A stretch of DNA of 64,000 bases from a virus. Taxonomy: Duplodnaviria; Heunggongvirae; Uroviricota; Caudoviricetes. Location: IMG/VR virus record IMGVR_UViG_2721755811_000005; one strand, given 5' to 3'. The position numbers and the translations under genes were made by a program. Below the pieces are notes generated by a model. The model was not told the DNA's origin, did no database searches, and saw only the letters and a program-made list of their open reading frames with translations. How positions within the stretch are numbered: position 1 is the stretch's first letter; the number at the start of each line of letters is the position of its first letter. Positions 42,117 to 52,297 of this stretch are shown here, piece after piece.

Positions 42117-42142
42117 ACCCGGCCCTGGTGCCGGGTTTTTTA
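42117..42142 (+). terminator. Intrinsic terminator T1 (ACCCGGC CCTGGT GCCGGGT + TTTTTTA).
   Basis: 7-bp stem followed by T6. Confidence 0.7.
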
Positions 42143-42227
42143 TTGCGCCGCCGGGTTTTGCGCGGCATCATCAGTCCCCCGTCTAACTCGATGCTTTCCT
42201 TCCTTGGCTTTCAGCGAGATGGACGGG

Positions 42228-42262
42228 AAGCCCGGTTGCCCCCGCTCCGGGCTTTTTCATTT
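42228..42262 (+). terminator. Intrinsic terminator T2 (AAGCCCGG -11 nt- CCGGGCTT + TTTTCATTT).
   Basis: 8-bp stem followed by a T-run. Confidence 0.6.
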
Positions 42263-42432
42263 GAAGGTCGAAACTCGGTAGACGGCAGTCTCGCCTGCCA
42301 CATCGGGCTGTAAGCAAAGTGACGGGTTACCGACCCGCAAGGCCTTCACCCTTTGCGATATCCAATCAATGCAGGTGGAGCGCAGGATGCGCACGGGGTA
42401 GTGGCCCCTATCCACCTGCACCTATTTCAGAG

Positions 42433-42462
42433 CCCAGCCTTCGAGCTGGGCTTTTTCGTTTC
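42433..42462 (+). terminator. Intrinsic terminator T3 (duplicate of 130..159).
   Basis: GCCCAGC / GCTGGGC + TTTTTCGTTT. Confidence 0.6.
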
Positions 42463-42572
42463 CGCCGCAAGGCAAGCCAACACGCAGCTAGGCCCGTACA
42501 GCCGAACGGCGGATGTCCGCTCATCCATCCGCCCCGCTGCGCTCCTTTTTCCAGGTGAGTGGAGTGGATCAG

Positions 42573-43103
42573 ATGAGTGAAATTGATCTTGATGAGGCCA
42601 GCCTGCGTGACCTGGTAATGGTCAATGACGGCCAGGTCGTAACGACATCGCTGAAGGTGGCCGAACGCTTCGGAAAGCGGCACGACAACGTCCTTCGGGC
42701 TATCGACAACTTGGATTGCTCGGCTGGTTTCCGTCTCCTCAATTTTGAGGAGACGGTCATGTGGCGGGAAAATCCGAGCGGCGGAGAACCGATCAAGAGT
42801 CGAAGCTTCGACATGACCAAGGACGGCTTCATGTTCCTTGTGATGGGCTTTAGGGGTAAAGCCGCAGCTGCCTGGAAAGAAGCTTTCATCCATGCCTTCA
42901 ACTGGATGGCCGAGCAGTTGTTCAAACGCTCAATGGACTTCAACACCATGCGCAACGAGCTGATGGCGGAGTACCGACAGGAGCGAGGGATTGCCAGCCT
43001 GGCCGGCAAGACCCTGCGTCGATGGCAGATCAGGGCACCGGTCATCGAACAGAAGATCATCGAGATCGAGCGCGAAGGGCAGTTGCAGCTGTTTCACGCC
43101 TGA
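42573..43103 (+). CDS. Rha family regulatory protein (copy 2).
   Basis: Exact duplicate of 270..800 (+42303). Confidence 0.75.
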   Translation: MSEIDLDEASLRDLVMVNDGQVVTTSLKVAERFGKRHDNVLRAIDNLDCSAGFRLLNFEETVMWRENPSGGEPIKSRSFDMTKDGFMFLVMGFRGKAAAAWKEAFIHAFNWMAEQLFKRSMDFNTMRNELMAEYRQERGIASLAGKTLRRWQIRAPVIEQKIIEIEREGQLQLFHA

Positions 43104-43186
43104 TCTGCCCGGAACCCACCCGACGAACGAAAGCCCGCCATTGAGCGGGCTTCGTCGTTTTAGAACCCCTGCGAGGGGCAGAGACT

Positions 43187-43519
43187 ATGAAAATGCCAGA
43201 ACGCCCTGAGACCTGGGCTGCGCTGCTTGCGTGGCTGTCTGCGCACTATCCACAGTTGTACGCCGCCGGCCTGTCCTTTGTGGTCGCGCTGACCCGGGTG
43301 ATCTACGGCGGTGGAACGCGGCGCCAGGCGCTGCTCGAGGCAACGCTCTGCACCCTGATCACCTTGGGCCTGATTCCTGTCCTTGAGTGGTTTGGCCTTC
43401 CACAGAACATGGCTACCGCTGCTGGGGTGTTCACCGGCTTCCTAGGGGTGAAGAAGATCGCCGAGTTCGCTGATCGGATCGCCGACTGGAAGTTTCCGCG
43501 CCGGGGGGCTGGCGAATGA
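43187..43519 (+). CDS. S: Lambda S-like holin (copy 2).
   Basis: Duplicate of 884..1216. Confidence 0.85.
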   Translation: MKMPERPETWAALLAWLSAHYPQLYAAGLSFVVALTRVIYGGGTRRQALLEATLCTLITLGLIPVLEWFGLPQNMATAAGVFTGFLGVKKIAEFADRIADWKFPRRGAGE

Positions 43520-44133
43520 AGATCACCGCCGATCAACTCGACCGCGCTACCGGATGCGGTGCTGCTACCGCAACGACCTGGCTGGAGCACCTCAACGGTG
43601 CCATGGCTCGGTTCGAGATCAACACGCCCGAGCGTGTGGCGATGTTCCTGGCTCAGGTCGGGCACGAAAGCCAGAGCCTCAAGCGCCTGGTCGAGAACCT
43701 GAACTACTCCGCCGAGGGGCTGCTCAAGACCTGGCCGACGCGTTTTACGCCGGCCGAGGCGAAGCAATACGCCCGCAAGCCAGAGCGCATCGCGAACCGC
43801 GTCTATGCCAACAGGATGGGCAATGGGTCGCCGGATACGGGCGATGGGTATCGATACCGTGGTCGTGGCCTGATCATGATCACCGGCCACGACAACTACG
43901 CCGAAGCCGCCCGCGCCCTGGCGCTGCCACTGGTGGCGCAACCGGAGTTGCTTGAGCAACGGACCTGGGCTGCCATCGCGTCGGCATGGTGGTGGAAGTC
44001 GAGGGGTTTAAACGAACTGGCCGATCAGGGTCGCTTCGAGCGGATCACCCTCAAGATCAACAGTGGCTACAACGGCGCAGACGACCGTGCGGCTCGCCTC
44101 GAATGGGCGCGTGCTGCGCTCAAGGGGGAATGA
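43516..44133 (+). CDS. GH19 endolysin (copy 2).
   Basis: Duplicate of 1213..1830. Confidence 0.85.
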   Translation: MKITADQLDRATGCGAATATTWLEHLNGAMARFEINTPERVAMFLAQVGHESQSLKRLVENLNYSAEGLLKTWPTRFTPAEAKQYARKPERIANRVYANRMGNGSPDTGDGYRYRGRGLIMITGHDNYAEAARALALPLVAQPELLEQRTWAAIASAWWWKSRGLNELADQGRFERITLKINSGYNGADDRAARLEWARAALKGE

Positions 44134-44372
44134 TGCTCGGGTTCACGACGAAAGACGAAGCTCGACAGCTCGGCGTCTCGCACCATGGCAGCTATTACGG
44201 CATTCCGATGTGGCTGGGGGATGTCGATAGCGATTGCCCGCTGGCGTTCGCCAAGTGGGCGCCGCTTGAACTTGTCGTCTCCCTGTTCTCGGTCATCGAG
44301 GGCATCGTCAACTCGATGCTCGATCAAGAGCCGACGTTCATGTTCAAGGTTGGTCGGAGGATCGATCCGTGA
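44130..44372 (+). CDS. Hypothetical small protein (copy 2).
   Basis: Duplicate of 1827..2069. Confidence 0.5.
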   Translation: MMLGFTTKDEARQLGVSHHGSYYGIPMWLGDVDSDCPLAFAKWAPLELVVSLFSVIEGIVNSMLDQEPTFMFKVGRRIDP

Positions 44373-44839
44373 CCTGGCGGCCATGGTTGGTGGTCGCCCT
44401 GGTAGCCGCGCTGGTGTTCTGGCGCCTCGATCACGTTACTGCTCAGCGTGATGACCTGAAGGCCGCCGTCGAGCAATCCGCTGAGACGATCACCGCCATG
44501 GCCCAGCAGGCCCAGCGCGACACCCAGGCGCAGGTCCAGACCGATGCCCTGGCCCGAACCTACCAAGCAGCACTACAGGCCTCCCATGAAGAAAACCAAT
44601 TGCGCCGCGATGCTATCGGCACTGGTGCTCGCGTCGTGTACGTCAAAGCCCGCTGCCCCGCAGACGGAATGCACCCGGCTCCCGGAGCCTCCGGCAGCGC
44701 TGATGCAGGAAGAGCCGTCCTTGCTGCCGCTGATGGACAAGTTGTTTCTGATCTCCGAGCCGGAGTCGAGCGACGCGAACTGATGATTGAGGCGCTGCGT
44801 AAGCACATCGCCGGCCTGCCGAGGTATTGCAGAAGATGA
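44369..44839 (+). CDS. Rz: Rz i-spanin (copy 2).
   Basis: Duplicate of 2066..2536. Confidence 0.75.
   Translation: MTWRPWLVVALVAALVFWRLDHVTAQRDDLKAAVEQSAETITAMAQQAQRDTQAQVQTDALARTYQAALQASHEENQLRRDAIGTGARVVYVKARCPADGMHPAPGASGSADAGRAVLAAADGQVVSDLRAGVERRELMIEALRKHIAGLPRYCRR
44586..44783 (+). CDS. Rz1: Rz1 o-spanin lipoprotein (copy 2).
   Basis: Duplicate of 2283..2480. Confidence 0.7.
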   Translation: MKKTNCAAMLSALVLASCTSKPAAPQTECTRLPEPPAALMQEEPSLLPLMDKLFLISEPESSDAN

Positions 44840-45579
44840 TCAGTATCAAGCCGGAAGGGTTCCGGCAGCAGCTCGCCGACCTGACTGAGCTTGAGCAGAG
44901 GCAGATTCCTTACGCGACAGCCACTGCGCTTACGCGGACCGCGCAAGGCCTGACGGATCGATTGCGCGATGAGATGCGTGTCGTGTTCGACCGCCCGACC
45001 CCGTACACCCTGAACAGCCTGCGCATGGTGCCAGCCAGGAAAGACCGGCTGGAAGCGCGGGTTTGGTTCAAGGACGAAGCGGACGGTGCGCAGCCTGCAT
45101 CGGTGTGGATTGCCCCTGAGGTCTACGGTGGCCCGCGTCGGAACAAGCCGGCCGAACTTCAGCTCAGGGCCAAGGGGATACTGCCAGAAGGCAAGTACGT
45201 GGTGCCCGGCGCCGGCGCGGACCTGGATCGCTACGGGAACATCAGGCGCGGCCAGGTCACCAAGGCGTTGAGCGGCATCCGCGGCTTCAGCCAGGCCGGG
45301 TACAACGCGAACGCGACCGATAGCAGACGGAGCAGGGCGAAGGGTAATGCTCGCCGCTACTTCGTCATGACCCGTAAGGGCCAGCCCATAGGCATTGCTG
45401 AGCGCACAGGCCGAGGCCGGGATGCTGTCTCGGTCATCATGGCCTTCGTGTCTCGCCCTTCGTACCGCCGCCGGCTGAGCTTCTTCGAGATCGCGCAGCA
45501 GTACGCCGACGAGAACCTGCCGCGCGAGTTCGAGGTGGCGATGCGCGGCGTTGCTGCTCGGTTCGCTGCGAGGCGCTGA
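44827..45579 (+). CDS. Hypothetical protein (copy 2).
   Basis: Duplicate of 2524..3276. Confidence 0.55.
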   Translation: MQKMISIKPEGFRQQLADLTELEQRQIPYATATALTRTAQGLTDRLRDEMRVVFDRPTPYTLNSLRMVPARKDRLEARVWFKDEADGAQPASVWIAPEVYGGPRRNKPAELQLRAKGILPEGKYVVPGAGADLDRYGNIRRGQVTKALSGIRGFSQAGYNANATDSRRSRAKGNARRYFVMTRKGQPIGIAERTGRGRDAVSVIMAFVSRPSYRRRLSFFEIAQQYADENLPREFEVAMRGVAARFAARR

Positions 45580-45592
45580 CTGATGCACCAAA

Positions 45593-45708
45593 GTGGTGCG
45601 TCGCGGGTCCTCCCCGGGGTGCCCCCGTCAGAGGGTAATTCGAGCCTCGTTCTCGCTCTATATACGGACATTTTTCACGACTTCCGTTTCCGGTTCCGGT
45701 TGGGTATC
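45593..45708. promoter_or_regulatory. Candidate cos region (copy 2).
   Basis: Duplicate of 3290..3405. Confidence 0.4.
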
Positions 45709-45710
45709 GC

Positions 45711-46238
45711 ATGGCAACTCAGATCGAAGTGGCGAAGCACCTCGATCTCAGTGATCGCCAGGTGCGCAATCTCATCGCAGACGGTGTGCTGCCTGGCTCC
45801 AAGGGCAGGGGCGGGTTCGACGTGGATGCATGCCGGCTGGCCTATATCCGCTATCTGCGAGGACTCGGAAACGCTCAGGTCAAACCGGAAACGGCCCCAG
45901 ACTCTGGCGACATAGACCCGCTGATCGAATACCGGCTCACTCAAGAGCGCCTGCGGCTTACTGCGGCCCAGTCCGAGGCTCAGGAGCTAAAGAACGAAGT
46001 AACCAAGAAGCGGCTGATACCTGCTGAATTCATCACCTTCGCTTTCGCAAAATTCATTCCGGCCGCCGGATCGATATTCGATACGGTGGTCATGACGCTG
46101 CGGCGCCGTCACCCCGATCTCACTCCGGGGCAACTCGACTCGATTAGCCGAGAGCTGACAAAGGCGCGCAACACTATCGCCCAGGCGGCAGATCGCCTAC
46201 CGGAGTGGCATGACGAGTTTATCGACAGTGCAGATTGA
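45711..46238 (+). CDS. terS: Terminase small subunit (copy 2).
   Basis: Duplicate of 3408..3935. Confidence 0.7.
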   Translation: MATQIEVAKHLDLSDRQVRNLIADGVLPGSKGRGGFDVDACRLAYIRYLRGLGNAQVKPETAPDSGDIDPLIEYRLTQERLRLTAAQSEAQELKNEVTKKRLIPAEFITFAFAKFIPAAGSIFDTVVMTLRRRHPDLTPGQLDSISRELTKARNTIAQAADRLPEWHDEFIDSAD

Positions 46239-48165
46239 GGCCTGCCAGGCTGCTATGTCAGCCGGCTTACTGTCTCTGCGCCGAGACGCGCCTCAGACTC
46301 CTGTGGCATGGGCTGACGATAATTTTTACCTGTCCAGCGAATCTTCCTACCAAGAAGGTCGCTGGGAGACGCTTCCCTACCAGGTTGCGATGCTCAACGC
46401 CATGGGCAACGACGAGATTCGAATCGTCAACGTGATCAAGTCCGCCCGTGTCGGCTACTCCAAGATGCTGCTGGCGGCCTCGGCTTACCAGATTGAGCAC
46501 AAGCGTCGGCATATCGCGTTCTTCGTGCCAGATGATGGTAGCGCCGACCTGTTCATGAAGTCCGAGATCGAAACCATGATCCGGGACGTTGGAGCCGTCC
46601 GCGCGCTGGCGCCTTGGTGCGGCAAGAAGAGCCGGGACAACACGCTCGACATCAAGAAATTCAGCCATGGCAAGCAGTTGTGGTGCCGCGGCGGTAAGGC
46701 AGCGAAGAACTATCGAGCTATTTCTGCTGACACTGTCATCTATGACGAATTGGCAGCCTTTGATCACGACATCGATAAGGAGGGGTCTCCGCTCGTCCTG
46801 GGTGACAAGCGGATTGAAGGCTCTACTTTTCCGAAATCGATCAGGGGCAGCACGCCTAAGCTGCGAGGTCCAATCGATCGAGGCGGATGCCAGATTGAGG
46901 GTGCTGTCCAGAAATCGCCACACTTGCTGCGCTATCACATTCCTTGCCCTCACTGTGGCGCAGAGCAGTATTTGAAGTGGGGCGGCAAGGATTGCGCCTA
47001 TGGCATCAAGTGGGACCCTGAACAGCCGGAAGATGCATGGTACGTGTGTGAGGCTACCGGTTGCCTGATCCGTTACTCAGAGGCGCTTGAGGCGCAGTAC
47101 AAGGCGCGCTGGATTTGCGAAAAGACTGGAATCTGGACCCGGGATGGTTTCGACTTTTTCGATGTGGAGGGGGCGCCGATTCCTACCCCAGAGTCCATCA
47201 GCTTCCACATTTGGACAGCCTATAGCTTCTTCGTGACCTGGGGTCGGATTGCACAGGACTTCCTTCAGGCGAAGGGTAGTCGCAGCGACCTGAAGACCTT
47301 CGTCAACACAACCCTTGGCGAGACATGGGAGGAAGACCAGGGCGAGCGCGTCGAGTGGGACGTGCTGCTCGGGCGCCGCGAGGTCTGGCAAGGCGAGATA
47401 CCGGCCCAGGCTGTGATCCTCACTGGCGGCGGCGACACGCAGGATGATCGCTACGAGGGGAGAGTCTGGGCATGGGGGCCAAACGAAGAGTGCTGGCTGG
47501 TTTATCGCTTCGTGCTGATGGGTGATCCAGGTGGTGAAGAGCTGCGCCGCAAGCGCGATCTGGAACTGCACCGCCAATTCACTCGGAGCGACGGCCTCGT
47601 GATGAAAGTGGAGCGCTGGTGTTGGGATGCTGGCGGCCACTACATCGATCAAGTCTGCGACGACAGCAAGAAGAACGGATTGCTTTGGATGATCCCCATC
47701 ATCGGCGCGCCGGTTTACGGGAAGCCCATCGCCAGCTTCCCCACGAAACGCAACAAGCGAGGCGTGTACCTGACAACTGTCGGTACGGACAACGCCAAAG
47801 AGCTGTTCTACAGCCGTCTACGACTGCCCTTAGATGTGTCGAAGTCCCAGGCAGGCATTACCCAGCCCCAAGTAATCCATTTGCCGGCCAACGACCTTGT
47901 TTGCGACGAAATGGAGGTCAGGCAACTGACGTCCGAAAGCAAGGTGCTCAAGGTCGTCAAGGGTGTGCAGCAGTATCGCTGGGACAATCAAGGGCGCCGC
48001 AACGAAGCGCTGGACTGTTTCGTGTACGCCCTGGCGGCTCTGCGAATCAGCCAGCAACGTTTCGGCCTGGACCTGGAGCGGTTGGCCGCGGCAGGAGTTG
48101 AGGCGCTGTCGCCCACTACGGATGAGCGCCCGCGGGTGCAGTCCTCTTATTGGAAGAAAGCGTGA
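46210..48165 (+). CDS. terL: Terminase large subunit gpA family (copy 2).
   Basis: Duplicate of 3907..5862. Confidence 0.85.
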   Translation: MTSLSTVQIEACQAAMSAGLLSLRRDAPQTPVAWADDNFYLSSESSYQEGRWETLPYQVAMLNAMGNDEIRIVNVIKSARVGYSKMLLAASAYQIEHKRRHIAFFVPDDGSADLFMKSEIETMIRDVGAVRALAPWCGKKSRDNTLDIKKFSHGKQLWCRGGKAAKNYRAISADTVIYDELAAFDHDIDKEGSPLVLGDKRIEGSTFPKSIRGSTPKLRGPIDRGGCQIEGAVQKSPHLLRYHIPCPHCGAEQYLKWGGKDCAYGIKWDPEQPEDAWYVCEATGCLIRYSEALEAQYKARWICEKTGIWTRDGFDFFDVEGAPIPTPESISFHIWTAYSFFVTWGRIAQDFLQAKGSRSDLKTFVNTTLGETWEEDQGERVEWDVLLGRREVWQGEIPAQAVILTGGGDTQDDRYEGRVWAWGPNEECWLVYRFVLMGDPGGEELRRKRDLELHRQFTRSDGLVMKVERWCWDAGGHYIDQVCDDSKKNGLLWMIPIIGAPVYGKPIASFPTKRNKRGVYLTTVGTDNAKELFYSRLRLPLDVSKSQAGITQPQVIHLPANDLVCDEMEVRQLTSESKVLKVVKGVQQYRWDNQGRRNEALDCFVYALAALRISQQRFGLDLERLAAAGVEALSPTTDERPRVQSSYWKKA

Positions 48166-48368
48166 TGACCTACACCCTGGAACAATACCGAGCCCTGAAA
48201 GGGGCGGTGGCGGAGGGGGCGCTGTCGGTTCGTTATGCGGATCGCAGCGTCACCTACCGGTCGGTCGAAGAGATGCTGCGCATCCTCCGGTTGATGGAGG
48301 ATGAACTGGGGCTTTCTGCGAACAACGACGGCGGACGCCGCTACACCTCTTTTTCCAAAGGCTACTGA
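48165..48368 (+). CDS. gpW-like protein (copy 2).
   Basis: Duplicate of 5862..6065. Confidence 0.65.
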   Translation: MTYTLEQYRALKGAVAEGALSVRYADRSVTYRSVEEMLRILRLMEDELGLSANNDGGRRYTSFSKGY

Positions 48369-48369
48369 C

Positions 48370-49896
48370 ATGAGCGTGTTCGAGACTTGGTTTCCCGGCC
48401 TGGCCGCGAGACGCGCCGAACAGCGCCTGAAGAAAATTCGCGCGGAGCTTTCGGCAGGTCTGCTGACTCGACGTTTCGAGGGAGCCGCGGGAGGTCGGCG
48501 CAATGAAGGTTGGCGCTCGGCGGGGACCGATGCCAATGCCGAGAACGCCCCGGCGCTTGAGCGCCTGCGCAATCGTGCGCGGGATCTGCGCCGAAACAAC
48601 CCTTACGCCGAGCGGGCGGTGGCAGGCATTGCCGACAACGTGGTGGGTTCGGGCGTGGTGCCCCGACCCATGGCGCGCAGTGACCGAGCCAACAACAAGC
48701 TGGGCGTACTATGGAGGGCATGGGCCGAGACGTTGGCCTGCGACGCCGATGGATTGGAGAACTTTTATGGCCTGCAGCACAAGGTCATGGAGGCCATTGT
48801 CGAGGCTGGCGAATGCCTGGTCCGACGGCGGAAGCGCTTCAGTAGCGATGGCTTACCCGTGCCGATGCAACTGCAAGTGCTGGAAGCGGATTTTCTCGAT
48901 GAAGCGCGCAGTGGCAAGAATGGCAAGAACGAAATCATCCAGGGGGTGGAGTTCGATCCGGTGGGGCGGCGTGTCGCCTATTGGCTGTTCGACGAGCACC
49001 CCGGGAGTGCGCTGGCAATGCGCTCGTTGGAGTCGAGGCGCATTCCCGCCGAGGACGTGATTCACGTTTTTCTGTCCAAGCGCCCGGGGCAGGCGCGCGG
49101 CTACAGCTGGCTGGCGCCGGTGATGCAGCGCATGCGCAGCTTCGACGAGATGGAGGACGCGATCATGGAGCAGGCGAAGATCGCGGCGTGCTTCGCGGCC
49201 TTCGTCACCAAGGATGAGTCGATCGCGGGGCTCGAACGAAAGAGGCCGCCGCTGATCGAGCGGATGGAGCCAGGGCTGATCCAGGAGTTGGGGACTGGCG
49301 AGAGCGTGAGCTTCGCGGCACCGCCGGTTTTCAACGGCTACTCCGCCTATTCGTGGCAGGCCCTGCATGCGATTTCCGTGGGGCTTGGAGTGCCGTACGA
49401 ACTGCTGGCCGGCGACCTGAAGGGCGTCAACTTCTCCAGTGGCCGGATGGGCTGGCTGCATTTCGCCCGGCGGGTGGATGTATGGCAGTGGCGGATGCTG
49501 ATTCCGCAACTCTGCGAGCCGGTCTGGAAGTGGTTCATGGAGGCGCAAGCATTGCTGCCTGGCGGCATCCTGGAAGACGCCTCGTCTGAATGGGTACCGC
49601 CGCGCCGGGACATGGTGGATCCGAGTGCCGAGGTTAGCGTGATCAAGGATCGCCTGCGCCTTGGCCTGATCACGCCAGACGATGCGCTGCGCGAGATGGG
49701 CTACACCGACCCGGACGATGTGCTGACCCGTTATGCCGCCCACCTGTCGAAGGTGGATGAACTCGGGCTGGTTTTCGACTACGACGCGCGCAAGGTCTCC
49801 AACGGGGGCCAGGCGCAAGCCAAACCGCAGGGGAGCAATTCCCAGCAAGCACCTGAAGAGACTTCAAAAGATGACGACAATGACCCAGACGCATGA
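48370..49896 (+). CDS. Portal protein (copy 2).
   Basis: Duplicate of 6067..7593. Confidence 0.8.
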   Translation: MSVFETWFPGLAARRAEQRLKKIRAELSAGLLTRRFEGAAGGRRNEGWRSAGTDANAENAPALERLRNRARDLRRNNPYAERAVAGIADNVVGSGVVPRPMARSDRANNKLGVLWRAWAETLACDADGLENFYGLQHKVMEAIVEAGECLVRRRKRFSSDGLPVPMQLQVLEADFLDEARSGKNGKNEIIQGVEFDPVGRRVAYWLFDEHPGSALAMRSLESRRIPAEDVIHVFLSKRPGQARGYSWLAPVMQRMRSFDEMEDAIMEQAKIAACFAAFVTKDESIAGLERKRPPLIERMEPGLIQELGTGESVSFAAPPVFNGYSAYSWQALHAISVGLGVPYELLAGDLKGVNFSSGRMGWLHFARRVDVWQWRMLIPQLCEPVWKWFMEAQALLPGGILEDASSEWVPPRRDMVDPSAEVSVIKDRLRLGLITPDDALREMGYTDPDDVLTRYAAHLSKVDELGLVFDYDARKVSNGGQAQAKPQGSNSQQAPEETSKDDDNDPDA

Positions 49897-51859
49897 GACG
49901 CCGATGCTGAGCCTGCGCGCCGCGGTGCGGCCGGGCTCCGTCGATATCGAGAACCGAACCGCTGAACTGACCTGGACTACCGGGGCGAAGGGGCGGCGCT
50001 GGTCCTGGGATATCGGCGCGTACATGGAAGAACTGGAGGTGACGCCCGAGGCGGTTCGGTTGGACCGACTGAACAACGGCGCGCCGTTCCTGAACACCCA
50101 CAGTGCCTGGGAGTTGGGTGACGTGGTTGGCGTCGTCGAGCGCGCCTGGTTGGAAGGGGGGGCGGGGCACGCGCTGGTCCGTTTCAGCAAGCGCGAGGAT
50201 GTCGAGGCGATCTTCCAGGACGTGCGCGACGGCATCCTGCGCAATATCAGCGTGGGCTATTCCGTCCATCGCTACGAGTTGATCGAGGCCCCTGACGACA
50301 AGCTTCCGACCTACAGGGCGGTGGATTGGGAGCCGATGGAGCTCTCCCTTGTACCGATTGGATTCGACGATGGGGCGAAGGTGCGAAGCGCCAAGACTCC
50401 TGCCGACTACCAGGGCCAACGTTTCACCACCCTTTTCGAGACCCGGGAGGCCGAGACGCCGACCGAACAACCGGCCGCCGTGGCCAACCCAAGAGAGGAA
50501 AATGCAATGACCGAAGAAGAGAAACGCGCGGCCGAGGAGTCGATTCGCCGTGAAGCCGCCGAGGCTGAGCGCAAGCGCTGCCTGAGCATCCGCCAGATGG
50601 CGCGTAAGGTGGGGCTGGACGAGGAGGTGGCGGAGGACTTGATCTCGCGCGGCGTGACCCTGGAGCAGGCCAGCGCGGAACTGATCGACAAGCTGGCCGA
50701 GCGGCAGCAGTCCGAGCAGCCGGAAAGTCGTAGCGCGCACGCCGGCGTGACCAGCGACATCGACCTGTCGGTCGTTGCCGCCAAGCGCGAGGCGATGCAA
50801 AACGCCCTGCTGCATCGTTGCAACCCCAAGGTGAAGCTGGAGGAGGCCGCCCGCGAGTTTCGCGGCATGCGCTTGATCGACATGGCCCGCGAGTCCGTGG
50901 AACTGGTTGGGGGGAAGGTCCGCGGACTGACCCCGCAGGAAGTGGCTCGCGCCGCCCTGGGCTGTGACCGCCAGGCGTTCCGCGCGGCGGGCATGCACAC
51001 CACCAGCGATTTCCCGCTGCTGCTGGGTGGCACCGTGAACCGCACCCTGCGTGAGGCCTACGCGCTGGCGCCGCAGACGTGGCGCCCGCTCGGCCGCCAG
51101 ACCACCGTCCCGGACTTCCGCGAGGTCACCCGAGTGGCGCTGGGCGATATCGCCGCGCTGGAGAAGGTCAACGAGCACGGCGAGTACAAGTACGGCTCAC
51201 TGGGCGAAGAAGGTGCGCCGATCAAGGTAGCCAAGTTCGGCAAGATTATCGCGATCACCTGGGAGGCGATCGTCAATGATGATCTCTCGGCGCTGACGCG
51301 TATTCCGCAGGCGCTGGGCGCGGCGGCCGGCCAGACCGAATCGAACCTGGTGTGGGATCTGCTGCTGGGTAATCCGAAGTTCGTCGATGGAGAGGACCTG
51401 TTCTCGGATGCGCACGGCAACGTCGCCGCCAGCGGCGGGCCGATCAATACCGCCACACTGGCGGCCGCTCGTGCCGCGATGCGCAAGCAGAAGTCCAAGG
51501 CCGGGCATTTCCTCAACCTGGCGCCGGAGTTCCTGGTGGTGGGGCCGGACAAGGAACTGGAGGCCTTCCAGTTCACCAGTTCCAACTACGTGCCGGCGAA
51601 GAACGCCGACATCAACGACAGCCGCAACGCCTCTCTGACGGTGATCGTCGATGCGCGCATCACGGGTAACCAGTGGTACCTGTACGCCGCGCCGGGCGTC
51701 GTTGACACCTTTGAGTATGCCTACCTGGAAGGCGAGCAGGGCGTCTTCACCGAGACCCGCGAGGGGTTCGAGGTGGACGGCATGGAGATCAAGGCGCGGC
51801 TGGTCTTCGGCGCGGCCTGGATCGACTACCGCGGGGCCTACAAGAACGCCGGTAACTGA
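49871..51859 (+). CDS. Prohead protease-scaffold-major capsid fusion (copy 2).
   Basis: Duplicate of 7568..9556. Confidence 0.6.
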   Translation: MTTMTQTHETPMLSLRAAVRPGSVDIENRTAELTWTTGAKGRRWSWDIGAYMEELEVTPEAVRLDRLNNGAPFLNTHSAWELGDVVGVVERAWLEGGAGHALVRFSKREDVEAIFQDVRDGILRNISVGYSVHRYELIEAPDDKLPTYRAVDWEPMELSLVPIGFDDGAKVRSAKTPADYQGQRFTTLFETREAETPTEQPAAVANPREENAMTEEEKRAAEESIRREAAEAERKRCLSIRQMARKVGLDEEVAEDLISRGVTLEQASAELIDKLAERQQSEQPESRSAHAGVTSDIDLSVVAAKREAMQNALLHRCNPKVKLEEAAREFRGMRLIDMARESVELVGGKVRGLTPQEVARAALGCDRQAFRAAGMHTTSDFPLLLGGTVNRTLREAYALAPQTWRPLGRQTTVPDFREVTRVALGDIAALEKVNEHGEYKYGSLGEEGAPIKVAKFGKIIAITWEAIVNDDLSALTRIPQALGAAAGQTESNLVWDLLLGNPKFVDGEDLFSDAHGNVAASGGPINTATLAAARAAMRKQKSKAGHFLNLAPEFLVVGPDKELEAFQFTSSNYVPAKNADINDSRNASLTVIVDARITGNQWYLYAAPGVVDTFEYAYLEGEQGVFTETREGFEVDGMEIKARLVFGAAWIDYRGAYKNAGN

Positions 51860-51930
51860 TCGGCAGAGTCAAGCTGAAGGGCGCCACGGGGCGCCCTTTG
51901 TGTTTCTACGTACTCCTTGCGAGGTAAATC

Positions 51931-52293
51931 ATGAAGACCTTCATCCAACATGGCGACATGCTCACCGTCCCCGCCCCCTCTGGTGGAGCAGTATCGGGCA
52001 AACTGTACAAGGTCGGCGCCATCCTCGGCGTGGCCGCAACCACCGTCACCGATGGGCAGCCCGTCGAGTTGAAAACGACCGGCGTGTTTGAGCTGCCTAA
52101 GGTGGCCGCCCAAGCGTGGGGCGTGGGTGATCCGCTGTACCTGGACGCAGCCAGTGGCGATCTGACCAATGCGCCTGGCGCGGGCCTGGTCCTGGTGGGG
52201 CTGGCTACAGAGGCGGCAGCAAATCCCTCCGCGGTTGGCCGCTGCCGGCTCAATGGCGTTTCGGCTCCAGCTGCCGAGGGAGCGGGAGGCTAG
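51931..52293 (+). CDS. Head-associated small protein (copy 2).
   Basis: Duplicate of 9628..9990. Confidence 0.5.
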   Translation: MKTFIQHGDMLTVPAPSGGAVSGKLYKVGAILGVAATTVTDGQPVELKTTGVFELPKVAAQAWGVGDPLYLDAASGDLTNAPGAGLVLVGLATEAAANPSAVGRCRLNGVSAPAAEGAGG

Positions 52294-52297
52294 CCCC

